From positions 1 through 48,294 of the forward strand of contig JAHHIK010000066.1 of assembly GCA_019358935.1 (NCBI GenBank): a stretch of 48,294 bases of DNA, written 5' to 3'. Source of the stretch: Tolypothrix carrinoi HA7290-LM1. Lineage in GTDB: Bacteria; Cyanobacteriota; Cyanobacteriia; Cyanobacteriales; Nostocaceae. Shown here in pieces: positions 9,892 to 20,105 of this stretch. The notes beneath the pieces were generated by a model that had not been told where the DNA came from, ran no database searches, and saw only the letters and a program-made list of their open reading frames with translations. The translations under genes were made by a program, and so were the position numbers. Numbering within the stretch: position 1 is the stretch's first letter; each line of letters opens with the position of its first letter.

Positions 9892-11001
9892 ATGAATGTG
9901 AATTTAAGGAAAACGGGATTTGGTTGGGAATTTGAAACTGAAGCTGACTTAGAAGATTTTGTCTGGGCTAATTTACAGCAATTATTAGGATTAACTCCTT
10001 TAAAGCGGCAACATTATGTCAATGGTCAGTTTTGCGATATTTTAGCATTGGGTGATAATCAACAATTAGTAGTGCTGGAATTAAAAAAGGGTGAAGACAG
10101 ATATATTGTTCAGCAGCTAACTCGTTATTTTGACGCTTTACTTGAGGATAAGCCTTTTCCAGAACAGGTGGATTATCAAAAACCTATTGGTTTGATAGCG
10201 ATTCAAGCAAGTTTTCATAGAGATAATTTTATAGATAGAAAGTATAATCATCTGCCTATTCAGTTTTTCCGCTATGAAGTAGTAGCAGATGGAGAGAAAT
10301 TAGATTTACAGCTAGAAGATGTTGAGAGTGGCAAAGTTATAAAAATAGTAATTACTCATCAGGATAGAGATAGCACTGAACATATACCTTCACCTCCAAG
10401 AGTACTTCTCAACCGTTTAGATAAGTTTTCCGTTCAACAACAAGAAGGTATCTTGAGAATTCGCCGAAAGATTCTCAGCTTTGATAAGCGTATGGAAGAA
10501 ATACCTTCGGGTATTAGCATCAAGTATGGCAATGGAAATAGTCGAAAAAGTAAACTCTGTGCTGAATTATGCTTTGACACAAAAGGTTTTCCACTTTTAT
10601 TTTTATGGCTAGGTTTTAAAAATGGCAAAAGTGAACGTATTGGTAGAGCAAGGCTTTGGACAGATTGGCAAGCAAATGCTTTGATAGAAGGTTATGTATC
10701 GAGCGGAATCGGTGCTAAAATCACTTCTTATAAGAATGTAATGGCAAAAAGAATAGAAAAATTGAATGAAATTGCAAAAGAAAATGGCACGTATAGTAGT
10801 ACTTTCAAATACATGAGGCAATATTGTAAAGATAGAAATAGAATAACTAGAAAGCTAAGTAACCATGAACCTCTAACTTATGAAGACATGAAGTTAATGG
10901 AAGTTGATCATTATGGACTGGACATATATAAGTTTGAAAAATATGAGGATCTAGATAAATTGATTGATTTAGCTTTAGAAACTTGGCTAAAAAGGCTATA
11001 A
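9892..11001 (+). CDS. Endonuclease NucS-like (DUF91, PD-(D/E)XK) domain protein
   Basis: EADLEDFV…CDILA…VVLELK…QQLTRY motif order. Confidence 0.75.
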   Translation: MNVNLRKTGFGWEFETEADLEDFVWANLQQLLGLTPLKRQHYVNGQFCDILALGDNQQLVVLELKKGEDRYIVQQLTRYFDALLEDKPFPEQVDYQKPIGLIAIQASFHRDNFIDRKYNHLPIQFFRYEVVADGEKLDLQLEDVESGKVIKIVITHQDRDSTEHIPSPPRVLLNRLDKFSVQQQEGILRIRRKILSFDKRMEEIPSGISIKYGNGNSRKSKLCAELCFDTKGFPLLFLWLGFKNGKSERIGRARLWTDWQANALIEGYVSSGIGAKITSYKNVMAKRIEKLNEIAKENGTYSSTFKYMRQYCKDRNRITRKLSNHEPLTYEDMKLMEVDHYGLDIYKFEKYEDLDKLIDLALETWLKRL

Positions 11002-11057
11002 AGAAAGCAACACTCACGTCCCTAGCAATATGTAGGCTTTGATAAGGAGTAAAAACT

Positions 11058-11294
11058 ATGTCTATGTCTTGGCAAGAATTACGCAAAGAAGCATATGGCT
11101 TATCGGTGAGCGACAGATTAGCCTTAGTAGAAGTAATTATTCGATCGCTTCAAAATGAACTCAGACCCCGCCCAGCAGCATCAGACGAAGTATGGGAACG
11201 ACTGCGTGGTAGCCTGAAAACAGATGCACCACCCCCAACTGATGACGAAGTTGAGGCTATGTTAGAACAACGACGCGAGGAGAAATACCTTTAA
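11058..11294 (+). CDS. Small antitoxin-like protein
   Basis: LSVSDRLALVE…PTDDEV; TAATG coupling to the PIN pseudogene. Confidence 0.7.
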   Translation: MSMSWQELRKEAYGLSVSDRLALVEVIIRSLQNELRPRPAASDEVWERLRGSLKTDAPPPTDDEVEAMLEQRREEKYL

Positions 11295-11860
11295 TGCGGG
11301 TATTGCTAGATACCAATATTCTTTGAGATTTTTTACTACAACGACAGCCATTCTTTACCGATGCTGACGCTGTTAGGACTTACGCACAAAGACCAGAAAA
11401 CGAACCACAAAGACACGAAGGACACGTTCGCGCTTCGCGTCTCGTTCGCGCTTCGCGTCTTTGACAGGAGAAGAGAAGGAATAAGAGTTGCAGAGAGTTT
11501 TTGCGTAAGTCCTGGCTGTAATACAAACTATCAGATCCGGGCAGGTTCAAGGCTACATAACAGCAACAACCTTAACTGATATTTTTTACATTGCGAAAAA
11601 GTCAAAGAAGGCACAGATAGCAAAGCAGTATGTTTTGTGATTTATTGACAACCATGCAAGTGTGTACAGTTGACCGCAGTATTTTGGAGGCAGCAATTTC
11701 ATCGAGCTTACCGGATTTTGAAGATGCGGTGCAGTTAGCTTGTGCAATTTCTGAAAATCTCAACGCAATTATCACCCGCGATCCTAAAGGTTTTGCTGGT
11801 GCTACTGTAGCGATTTTATCAGCAAGTGAGTTTGTTTCTCGTTTGTCCTCAGACTCTTAA
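11294..11860 (+). pseudogene. PIN-domain toxin pseudogene (in-frame TGA, MITE insertion, frameshift)
   Basis: MRVLLDTNIL*DFLLQRQPF…; after removing the MITE the frame reads ADAVIQTIRSGQVQGYITATTLTDIFYI; +1 shift near 11635 into …DFEDAVQLACA…IITRDPKGF. Confidence 0.88.
11374..11514. mobile_element. 141-bp MITE with terminal inverted repeats and 5-bp target duplication
   Basis: TAGGACTTACGCA…TGCGTAAGTCCTG, flanked by GCTGT at 11369-11373 and 11515-11519. Confidence 0.88.
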
Positions 11861-11994
11861 AAATTTATTAGTGTAAATACTTAGAGATGCCAGCTACACA
11901 TCGCTACTGACCACGAAAATATATTAAATTAAAAGTCCGTACATACGTACCTTATTTATATAGTCGCGAATTTTCATCGCCTCGATATTGCCGC

Positions 11995-12642
11995 ATGACT
12001 CAAATTGTCTGGATTGCAAGACACGCTAACCGTCTGGACTTTGTAAACCCTGATTGGTTTCTCACCGCTGAACGACGTTACGATCCACCGTTGTCCGATG
12101 ATGGTATGGTGCAAGCGCAGCAGCTAGCGAAACGACTGAAGCACGAAAAAATTAAACATATTTTCGCTTCTCCCTTTTTGCGAACCGTCCAAACGGCAAA
12201 CGCAGTTGCAGAAGTTCTTGATTTGCCGATTAAATTAGAAACGGGTTTGAGCGAGTGGCTTAATCCAGCTTGGATGACAGAAGAACCAGTAAAACTGCCA
12301 ACTCGACTGCTAGCAGAATTATTCCCCAGAATTGATATTAGCTACACTCCGCGCATTGCTGCCAAATATCCGGAAACTCGCGAGCAAGTGCGATCGCGTT
12401 CTGGACAAACTGCCAGATGCTTATCTACAGAATTCCTTCCAGAGCATATCTTACTAGTGGCACATGGCGCATCTGTATTGGGGGCGGCGATGGGTTTAGT
12501 CGGTGAAATTGCCATAACAGAGGTGAAAGCTTCTCTGTGTTCGTTGGTAAAAGTGGTGCGTGAAGAACCAAAATGGTTATTAGAACTAAAAGGAGATACC
12601 TCTCATTTAAGTGAGATAGAAGAAGTAATCAGGTTTAATTAA
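11995..12642 (+). CDS. Histidine phosphatase (phosphoglycerate mutase-like) family protein
   Basis: WIARHANR, ASPFLRTVQTA, LLVAHG. Confidence 0.9.
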   Translation: MTQIVWIARHANRLDFVNPDWFLTAERRYDPPLSDDGMVQAQQLAKRLKHEKIKHIFASPFLRTVQTANAVAEVLDLPIKLETGLSEWLNPAWMTEEPVKLPTRLLAELFPRIDISYTPRIAAKYPETREQVRSRSGQTARCLSTEFLPEHILLVAHGASVLGAAMGLVGEIAITEVKASLCSLVKVVREEPKWLLELKGDTSHLSEIEEVIRFN

Positions 12643-12644
12643 AT

Positions 12645-12810
12645 TGGGGAATGGGGCATAGGGCATAGGGCATTGGGCATAGGGCATAGGGCATAGGGCA
12701 TTGGGAAAAAGAATTATTTTTTTTAACGCTTTACCCTTTACCTCTTCTTCTAGCCCAATGCCCCATGCCCCATGCCCAATGCGCTAATCTAAAATCTAAA
12801 ATCTCAAATC
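12645..12810. repeat. STRR heptamer array (GGGCATA/GGGCATT … CCCCATG) around a unique core
   Basis: Tandem 7-mers in inverted arrangement; 82 bp identical to 21182-21263. Confidence 0.85.
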
Positions 12811-12813
12811 GCT

Positions 12814-13839
12814 ATGACATTATTATTAGCAGGGGACATCGGCGGGACAAAAACGATTTTGCGACTGGTGGAAGCATCGGATTCATCAAAGTTGCATACT
12901 ATTTCTGAGGAACGTTACCGCAGTGCTGATTTTCCTGATTTAGTGCCGATGGTAAGGCAGTTTTTGGCTAACTCGAATACATCGACACCAGAAAAGGCTT
13001 GTTTTGCGATCGCAGGTCCTGTGGTCAAGAATACTGCCAAGTTGACCAATTTAGCTTGGTTCTTAGATACCCAACGTTTAGAACAAGAACTGGATATTGC
13101 CCATATTTCTCTCATAAATGACTTTGCTGCCGTTGGCTATGGCATTCTGGGTTTAAATAAACAAGACTTGCACACTTTGCAAGTTGGCAAGTTTCAACCG
13201 ACGGCACCGATTGCAATTATTGGTGCCGGTACCGGTTTAGGACAAGGTTTTTTAATGAAGCAGCAAGACAAATATCAAGTCTTTCCTTCAGAAGGTGGAC
13301 ATGCTGATTTTGCCCCTCGTACTGAGTTAGAGTTTCAGCTTTTGAAACACTTGCTGATTAAACACGATATCCAGCGGGTTTCGGTGGAAAGAGTCGTTTC
13401 TGGTCAAGGCATTGTAGCAATTTATCAGTTTTTGCGCGATCGCAAAATACAACGCGAATCACCAGAAATTGCCGAAGTTGTCAGAACTTGGGAACAAGAA
13501 GCAGGACAGCAAGAAAAAAGTGTCGATCCGGGGGCAGCGATTGGTAATGCGGCACTTCAAGCAAGCGATCGCCTTTGCGAACAAACTATGCAAATGTTTG
13601 TCGAAGCTTACGGCGCAGAAGCTGGTAATCTTGCCCTGAAACTCTTACCCTATGGCGGTTTATACGTTGCTGGCGGTATTGCTACCAAAATTCTCCCCTT
13701 ACTTCAACAAGAAAGATTTTTGTTGACTTTCACCCAAAAAGGCAGAATGCGAAGCCTCCTCGAAGATATACCGATGCATATTGTTCTTAATCAACATGTG
13801 GGACTAATCGGTGCTGCTTTGCACGCAGCTAGGTTATAA
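12814..13839 (+). CDS. glk: Glucokinase
   Basis: AGDIGGTK, LINDFAA, GAGTGLG, SEGGH, ERVVSGQG. Confidence 0.95.
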   Translation: MTLLLAGDIGGTKTILRLVEASDSSKLHTISEERYRSADFPDLVPMVRQFLANSNTSTPEKACFAIAGPVVKNTAKLTNLAWFLDTQRLEQELDIAHISLINDFAAVGYGILGLNKQDLHTLQVGKFQPTAPIAIIGAGTGLGQGFLMKQQDKYQVFPSEGGHADFAPRTELEFQLLKHLLIKHDIQRVSVERVVSGQGIVAIYQFLRDRKIQRESPEIAEVVRTWEQEAGQQEKSVDPGAAIGNAALQASDRLCEQTMQMFVEAYGAEAGNLALKLLPYGGLYVAGGIATKILPLLQQERFLLTFTQKGRMRSLLEDIPMHIVLNQHVGLIGAALHAARL

Positions 13840-13884
13840 CAGCTAGCAGCATAAGTAGTCTTAGCATCTCCAAAAGCAACAACT

Positions 13885-14484
13885 ATGACAAATAAAATTT
13901 TCTTGCCATTAATCGCTGCCGCAACTTTTGTCAGCAGTACATATACGGTAGTTGAAGCGCGTAAACCTCAACTTGCGGTTTCTCAAGCGCAAACAGTTGA
14001 TTCTCAGGTATCGCAATGGAAATTATTCACCGCACCAGACGGACGTTTTACCGTTTTAATGCCAGGAATGCCCAAAAGAGTCACCCAAACTCAAAAAACA
14101 TTCATGGGAGAAATTAATTTAGAAGTCTTTCTCGGACAACCCCCAAAGCAGGAAGTAGCTTATGTAGTTGCTTTTAATGACTTTCCTCACAGTTATGGTC
14201 AAATGACCAATCCTCAAGAAATCCTCAATAATGCACAGGAAATGGCTTTAAAAACTACGCAAAGTAATTTAATTGCAGCGCGAGATATTCGTAGTTCTAA
14301 CGGTCATCCAGGCAAAGAAATTGAGTATATAAATTCTGGTGGCAAAATCACGAGAAATAGAATGTATTTCGCTGAGGGACGCTTGTATCAAGTAATGGTG
14401 ATAACAACTAAAAGACAGCAAAAGTATTTAGCAAAAAGCATTACGGGGTATTTAAATTCCTTTAATGTCGTATTGCAAAAGTGA
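13885..14484 (+). CDS. Hypothetical exported protein
   Basis: Signal peptide; W-x-x-F…GRFTVLMPG…RLYQV…SF pattern typical of cyanobacterial periplasmic proteins. Confidence 0.75.
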   Translation: MTNKIFLPLIAAATFVSSTYTVVEARKPQLAVSQAQTVDSQVSQWKLFTAPDGRFTVLMPGMPKRVTQTQKTFMGEINLEVFLGQPPKQEVAYVVAFNDFPHSYGQMTNPQEILNNAQEMALKTTQSNLIAARDIRSSNGHPGKEIEYINSGGKITRNRMYFAEGRLYQVMVITTKRQQKYLAKSITGYLNSFNVVLQK

Positions 14485-14490
14485 GATGAT

Positions 14491-14552
14491 GTTCGTAGTA
14501 AGGACTGAAGTCCTTATCTTAGAAGATGAGGACTTCAGTCCTCACTACGAAC
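14491..14552. repeat. GTAG-type REP doublet
   Basis: GTTCGTAGTAAGGACTGAAGTCCT…GAGGACTTCAGTCCTCACTACGAAC. Confidence 0.8.
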
Positions 14553-14573
14553 TTATCAAAGCAGAGGTAACTT

Positions 14574-15218
14574 ATGAGCGAACTACAGACAAAATTACCA
14601 ACTGATATTTGGGTTACAGCGACTTGGGATGAATATATTCAAGCAATTGAAGATCCAGCATACGAAAAAGCCAAAGGCTACTACCACAATGGACAAATGA
14701 GGATTGAAATGGCGCCACTAGGTAATGACCACGCTAGCGACCACGGAATTATCATGTATGCCGTTTATCTGTTTGCCTCCATTAAAGGCATTGCTTTAAA
14801 TGGCAAGGATAACTGTACTTACCGAAAAACAGGCTTTAACGATGCTCAACCTGATGTATCTTACTACATTGGTGAAAACGCTGATGTTATTCCTTACGGA
14901 ACTTCAATTATTAGCTTAGATATATATCCTGCGCCAACTTTAGTAATAGAAGTTGCTAACACCTCCCTTGCTGACGATAAAGGTGAAAAACGACTTTTGT
15001 ATGAGGATTTAGGAGTAGCAGAATATTGGATTCTCGATGTGCAAAATGTCCAAGTTATTGCTTTTGCTATCGAAAATAATGGTAGTAGAAGGATTACTCA
15101 ATCTCTGGTATTACCTGGATTAGAAATTTCCCTATTAAATGATGCTTTGCGACGTACTCGTCAGATGAATCAATCTCAAGTTGGTGCTTGGTTATTAAGT
15201 GAATTTCAAGCTACTTAA
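14574..15218 (+). CDS. Uma2 family endonuclease-like protein
   Basis: QPDVSYY, LVIEVANTS, LGVAEYWILDV. Confidence 0.9.
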   Translation: MSELQTKLPTDIWVTATWDEYIQAIEDPAYEKAKGYYHNGQMRIEMAPLGNDHASDHGIIMYAVYLFASIKGIALNGKDNCTYRKTGFNDAQPDVSYYIGENADVIPYGTSIISLDIYPAPTLVIEVANTSLADDKGEKRLLYEDLGVAEYWILDVQNVQVIAFAIENNGSRRITQSLVLPGLEISLLNDALRRTRQMNQSQVGAWLLSEFQAT

Positions 15219-16590
15219 AAATCACATCCAAGCGTTGCTGTGATGCTTTCAAGGCTTCTTGGGGTGAACTTTTACCCAACATCACAGATTCTAGCGCTCG
15301 ACCTAAATTTTCGGAAACTCGATTGTAACCGGAAAAAATCGGACGCGATCGCCCATATTTCGCCTGATCCAAAAATACCTTCACCGCTGGCTGTTCTTTG
15401 ATAAATTCCTGATATTTTGCACTTTGACGCGATTTCAAATTCACCGGCAAATAACCTGTTCCGATCGCCCACTCTGTTTGAAACTCTTCACTCAAAACAT
15501 ACTCGATAAACTTCAACGCCGCTTTTTCATGCTCTGGCGTAGTCTTAAAAACGAACAGATTCTCACCGCCAATGCCCGTAGCAGGGCGTTGCCCGACCGG
15601 AAGGGGAAAAACGCCAAAATCGATATTAGCCGCCTGAAATTGCCCTAAAGTCCAGCATCCGGTAAATTGCATCGCCACTTTACCAGCAAGTAAAGCGTCT
15701 GTTTCATAACCGCGTTCCGGACTACTTAATATCGCCGAACCGTCAGTAATTAAATCACGCCAAAATTGCAAACCTGCGATCGCCCCAAAATTTTCCATCA
15801 AATCAATCGCCGCCGCATTCTGTGAATCACCACCCACCAATTCCCCCCCACCACTCCACATAAACGGCAACCAAATAAACACCGTAAAATCACCTTTCCC
15901 TAAAGGTAAAAAGATACCATGTTGGTCTATCCTTCCATCACCGTTTTTATCAACAGTTAATTTCTTCGCAACTTGCCGTAACTCTTCCCAAGTCCGGGGT
16001 AATTCAGTAATCCCCGCTTCCTTAAACAAACTTGGACGATAAAAAACGCCAATATTATTAGTAGCAAACGGCACAGACCAAATCTTGCTGTTGAGTTCCA
16101 TTGTGGCAAATAAAGCCGGGTCAATTTCCTTCTTCACCGCTGAAGTTTCCAGCATCTCATCCAAAGGTAAAAGCGCATTTAGTTCAACTAATTGACCGGC
16201 AATTGTCGGACTATACCACAACAAATCCGGTGCGGCATTTCCCACCACCGCAGCCAAAATCTTCGGCATTTGTTGATCTGGTTGTCCCACATAAAGCGAA
16301 TCGACTTGAATATCAGAATGACTTTGATTAAACTTATCTACCAGCTTTTGCAACACATCTCGATTTGCGGGTGGATTTACACCTTGCCATAGTGTCACAT
16401 GAACGACTTTCTCCTGGGTAACTGGTGTAGCCTGACATCCAGTTAAACTGAGAACCGCTACAAGTAAAATTAGCAAAATAGGAATTAGGGACTGGGGACT
16501 AGGGACTAGTAAAGATAGATTTTCATCGGCTTCTCTTAATCTTCTTTGCGCCTCTGCGCCTCTGCGTGAGACAAAATAATATTTATGCAT
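15211..16590 (-). CDS. ABC transporter sugar-binding lipoprotein (start uncertain)
   Basis: Lipobox LTGC; APDL, PRTWEEL, GKVAMQFTG motifs. Confidence 0.88.
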   Translation of the reverse strand: MHKYYFVSRRGAEAQRRLREADENLSLLVPSPQSLIPILLILLVAVLSLTGCQATPVTQEKVVHVTLWQGVNPPANRDVLQKLVDKFNQSHSDIQVDSLYVGQPDQQMPKILAAVVGNAAPDLLWYSPTIAGQLVELNALLPLDEMLETSAVKKEIDPALFATMELNSKIWSVPFATNNIGVFYRPSLFKEAGITELPRTWEELRQVAKKLTVDKNGDGRIDQHGIFLPLGKGDFTVFIWLPFMWSGGGELVGGDSQNAAAIDLMENFGAIAGLQFWRDLITDGSAILSSPERGYETDALLAGKVAMQFTGCWTLGQFQAANIDFGVFPLPVGQRPATGIGGENLFVFKTTPEHEKAALKFIEYVLSEEFQTEWAIGTGYLPVNLKSRQSAKYQEFIKEQPAVKVFLDQAKYGRSRPIFSGYNRVSENLGRALESVMLGKSSPQEALKASQQRLDVIFK

Positions 16591-16619
16591 TCTTGTGAGC
16601 GTATTAACAAGTTTAGATT

Positions 16620-17378
16620 ATGGCAGGACATAGTAAATGGGCAAATATTAAACGCCAGAAAGCAGTAGTGGACGCAAAAAGGGGTAAAACGTTCACTCAG
16701 GTGTCACGAGCGATTATAATTGCAGCCAGAAGCGGTGTACCAGATCCGGCTCTGAATTTTCAACTTCGCACAGCGATTGAAAAAGCGAAAGCAGCGGGTA
16801 TACCTAATGAAAACATAGAACGAGCGATCGCCAAAGGTGCAGGTACTTTTGGCGGAGATAACACCAGTTTAGAAGAAATTCGCTACGAAGGTTACGGTCC
16901 TGGAGGTGTCGCAATCCTAATTGAAGCCCTCACAGATAATCGTAACCGCACCGCCGCAGACTTACGCGCAGCTTTTAGTAAAAATGGCGGGAATTTGGGT
17001 GAAACAGGTTGCGTTAGCTGGATGTTTTCCCAAAAAGGCGTGTGTGTGGTGCAAAATGTAGTTGATGAAGAACAGCTTTTAGAAGCATCTCTCGAAGCCG
17101 ATGCCGAGTCTTATGAGATGGCTGAGGATGAGATAGCGGAGGTATTTACCGAAATTGCAAATTTAGAAAACCTCAGTCAAACGTTGAAAGCAAAAGGCTT
17201 TTCAGTAACGGATGTAGAATTGCGCTGGATTCCCAGTAATAGTGTAGAAGTTACCGAGCCAGATCAAGCGCGATCGCTTCTCAAATTAGTTGATACTTTA
17301 GAAGGCTTGGATGATGTCCAAAATGTCACCGCTAACTTTGACATGAATGAACAACTCATGACTGCGAGTATAACTTAG
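16620..17378 (+). CDS. yebC: YebC/PmpR family protein
   Basis: [33 protein letters not shown]. Confidence 0.97.
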   Translation: MAGHSKWANIKRQKAVVDAKRGKTFTQVSRAIIIAARSGVPDPALNFQLRTAIEKAKAAGIPNENIERAIAKGAGTFGGDNTSLEEIRYEGYGPGGVAILIEALTDNRNRTAADLRAAFSKNGGNLGETGCVSWMFSQKGVCVVQNVVDEEQLLEASLEADAESYEMAEDEIAEVFTEIANLENLSQTLKAKGFSVTDVELRWIPSNSVEVTEPDQARSLLKLVDTLEGLDDVQNVTANFDMNEQLMTASIT

Positions 17379-17507
17379 TGTATTATTTGCAGGTGCATCT
17401 ATGGCAGACATTAGGCGTAAATAGCGCCTATTTTCAGTACTGCGAAACAAAAAGTTATATTGTGTCCTGAATGTGGAGAAAATTATCATGTCAGGCGATC
17501 GCCTGAT

Positions 17508-18339
17508 TTAATTTGTCTGTTTTTCTGCGGTTTGTCGTACCACATCAATTTCTAATTCTAAAGCCTCGGCGATTTGTTCTGTACTCAATCCCAACTTCAA
17601 CAACCGGGGAACCGCTTCTAACTTGCCTTCTTCTTTCGCTTCTTGATAAACTCTTGTATTTCTGATAACATCCAAACCTAACATAGCTTCTACCTCTTCC
17701 CGGCTTAACCGGGGAAATTTGTAAATCACTACCCTTCGGGTGAGCCAGTCGCTCATGGGGGAAACCCCCAAGACCGCGCTGGCTCACCGTCTCAATAAAT
17801 TCTATAATTTCTTGCTGGGTAAGTGCATTTGTCAACTGCTGTCTTGCTTGTTCAATTAGCTGTTTAGCTTTTGCGGGTGTGCGACTTTCGCTTTCGACAA
17901 CTAACTGCACAATACCAACTCCAATTGAAGTATCTGCGGATTCCCCTAATTCATTTAAGTATACACGTTGCACTTGGGGGCTATTTAGTAACAAACGATA
18001 CGGTTTAGGTTCATCAGGTTCCAGACTGCGACGGGGAAATATGACAACTGCACGCCAATCGTTTATAGATTGGTATTGATATAGATAAAGAAAAATTTCT
18101 GCAAAGACTCGCTGGTAGAAAGCTTCATCTTTTTGAAACTGTACCTCAAGGAAATAAATGAGTTGATTGGGATTATTAGGCGTAGGTAAAAATACCCCAT
18201 CAAGGCGAAAGGCTTGTTGTTTGAGTTCGATAGAGGTAAATTGATAGCTGTTAGCAACACTTCCAGCTTGACCAATTAATTCAAAAAATACGCTCGGAAA
18301 AGCTTGAAAGAGGCGATAGAAAAGGGTGTCAGTTTTCAC
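17508..18339 (-). pseudogene. Rpn family (DUF2887) nuclease/putative transposase, frameshifted by a 55-bp insertion
   Basis: GTG start KTDTLFYRLF, FRLDGVF, LEVQFQKD; IIEFIET|VVIYKFPRLSREEVEAML rejoined when 17734-17788 is removed. Confidence 0.88.
17734..17788 (-). mobile_element. 55-bp structured mini-insertion element
   Basis: GGT-flanked GAGCCAGCGCGGTCTTGGGGGTTTCCCCCATGAGCGACTGGCTCACCCGAAG; second copy at 36070-36124. Confidence 0.85.
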
Positions 18340-18686
18340 TTCTTTGCTGAAATCACAGTTTCCCAATGGATTTTACAGGATATTGTCATCAAGATGCGAT
18401 CGCGCTTGACAACTTGATTAATTCATTACTTAAGCAAAACCGCAAAATTTACATAAAAACTTCACATCAATAACAAAACTCTGACACATGACTTTGGCAT
18501 AGTTAAGCTGTTGACGTTGAAACAATATACAAAGCCAAAAATAAACAAGTTTGTCAAAGCTGATTGCTTGATTAGATAGCTAATTATAGACAATTTGCTA
18601 TCTCAAAGCAGTTAATGTCACCCGTTGGGTAATTTTTTCGGAAACAATTCACTTTTGTTCTTTGAATTCACTTCATATGATATCAA

Positions 18687-18722
18687 CCTCGCTGAAAACT
18701 TCTGACTTCAGCGAGGCTTTTT
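18687..18722 (+). terminator. Rho-independent terminator with no upstream CDS on this strand
   Basis: CCTCGCTGAA-loop-TTCAGCGAGG followed by a T tract. Confidence 0.7.
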
Positions 18723-18851
18723 CGTTTTGAAGCTAAGATTTAAGCACTTGTATCTGTAATTTTTAGCGATCGCGACTTGATCGCGCTACCTGTTATTGTC
18801 AAAATGAAGAAAGATGAATAATCTTATCGTTTCTTTAAATTTTCAAAAGCA

Positions 18852-20102
18852 ATGACGCTGACTCAAATTACCCCAACCCAAACACCGACGCAAAAGCGGG
18901 GATATGAATATGATTTAGTGATTGTTGGCGGCGGTATAATTGGCTTAACCCTAGCCGCTGCGTTGAAAGATTCCGGTTTGAGTGTGCTGCTAATTGAAGC
19001 GAGAGTGGAATCAGCAGCAGTAGCAAAAGGACAAGCTTACGCGGTTCACATGCTTTCAGCGCTAATTTACCAAGGAATTGGTATTTGGGAGAAAATATTG
19101 CCCCAAATCGCTACTTATCGCCGTGTTCGCCTTTCTGATGCCGATTACCCGAATGTGGTAGAATTTTCCACAACCGATATCGGAACTTCAGATTTGGGTT
19201 ATGTGGCAGAACACCAAGCACTATTGCAGCCATTGCAAGAGTTTGTCAAAGAATGCCCAAATGTAACTTACCTTTGTCCGGCGGAAGTGGTAAACAGTCA
19301 ATACCAGCAAGATATAGTCGCGACTGATATCAAAATTGCCGGAGAATTGCGGACAATACGTAGTAAATTATTAGTTGCGGCTGATGGAGTGCGATCGCCT
19401 ATTCGCGAAGCCGCAAAAATCAAAACTCATGGCTGGAAATATTGGCAGTCATGTATTGTCGCATTTGTCAAGCCAGAAAAACCGCATAATGATACCGCTT
19501 ACGAAAGATTTTGGTCTAGCGGTCCGTTTGCGATTTTACCTTTACCGGGGAACCGCTGTAGAATTGTGTGGACAGCACCCCACGAAGAAGCAAAAGCTTT
19601 GTGTGCCTTAGATGACGAGCAATTTTTAAAAGAACTAACTCGGCGTTATGGCAATCAGATGGGTAAATTAGAATTATTAGGCTCGCGCTTTGTTTTTCAA
19701 GTGCAACTCATGCAAAGTTCGCGCTATGTTCTCCCCAGATTAGCATTAATTGGTGATGCAGCGCATAATTGCCATCCCGTCGGTGGACAAGGTTTAAATC
19801 TCGGCATTCGCGATGCAGCAGCTTTAGCACAAATATTACAAGAAGCGAAAGCAACAAATAAAGATATCGGCGACATTCGCATCCTCAAACGCTATCAAAA
19901 CTGGCGTCAGCGAGAAAACCTAACAATTTTAGGTTTCACCGATTTGTTAGATCGAGTCTTTTCTAACAACTTCTTACCAATAGTTTTAGTTCGTCGCTTC
20001 GGTTTATTAACTATGCAGAAAGTACCTCTATTAAAAATATTCGCTCTCAAATTGATGATTGGAATGAAAGGACGTACCCCAGAAATAGCGCGACGCATTT
20101 AG
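18852..20102 (+). CDS. FAD-dependent hydroxylase, UbiH/Coq6 family
   Basis: VGGGIIG, VAADG, LIGDAAHNCHPVGGQGLNLGIRD. Confidence 0.92.
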   Translation: MTLTQITPTQTPTQKRGYEYDLVIVGGGIIGLTLAAALKDSGLSVLLIEARVESAAVAKGQAYAVHMLSALIYQGIGIWEKILPQIATYRRVRLSDADYPNVVEFSTTDIGTSDLGYVAEHQALLQPLQEFVKECPNVTYLCPAEVVNSQYQQDIVATDIKIAGELRTIRSKLLVAADGVRSPIREAAKIKTHGWKYWQSCIVAFVKPEKPHNDTAYERFWSSGPFAILPLPGNRCRIVWTAPHEEAKALCALDDEQFLKELTRRYGNQMGKLELLGSRFVFQVQLMQSSRYVLPRLALIGDAAHNCHPVGGQGLNLGIRDAAALAQILQEAKATNKDIGDIRILKRYQNWRQRENLTILGFTDLLDRVFSNNFLPIVLVRRFGLLTMQKVPLLKIFALKLMIGMKGRTPEIARRI

Positions 20103-20105
20103 GAA

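Noticed and set aside
11324..11326. In-frame TGA in the PIN gene as possible selenocysteine, given selD in the window
   Set aside because: The position corresponds to a hydrophobic residue rather than Cys, and the gene has two other inactivating lesions.
11361..11579. 72-aa ORF in the ORF track
   Set aside because: It mostly reads through the MITE and is not a coherent gene.
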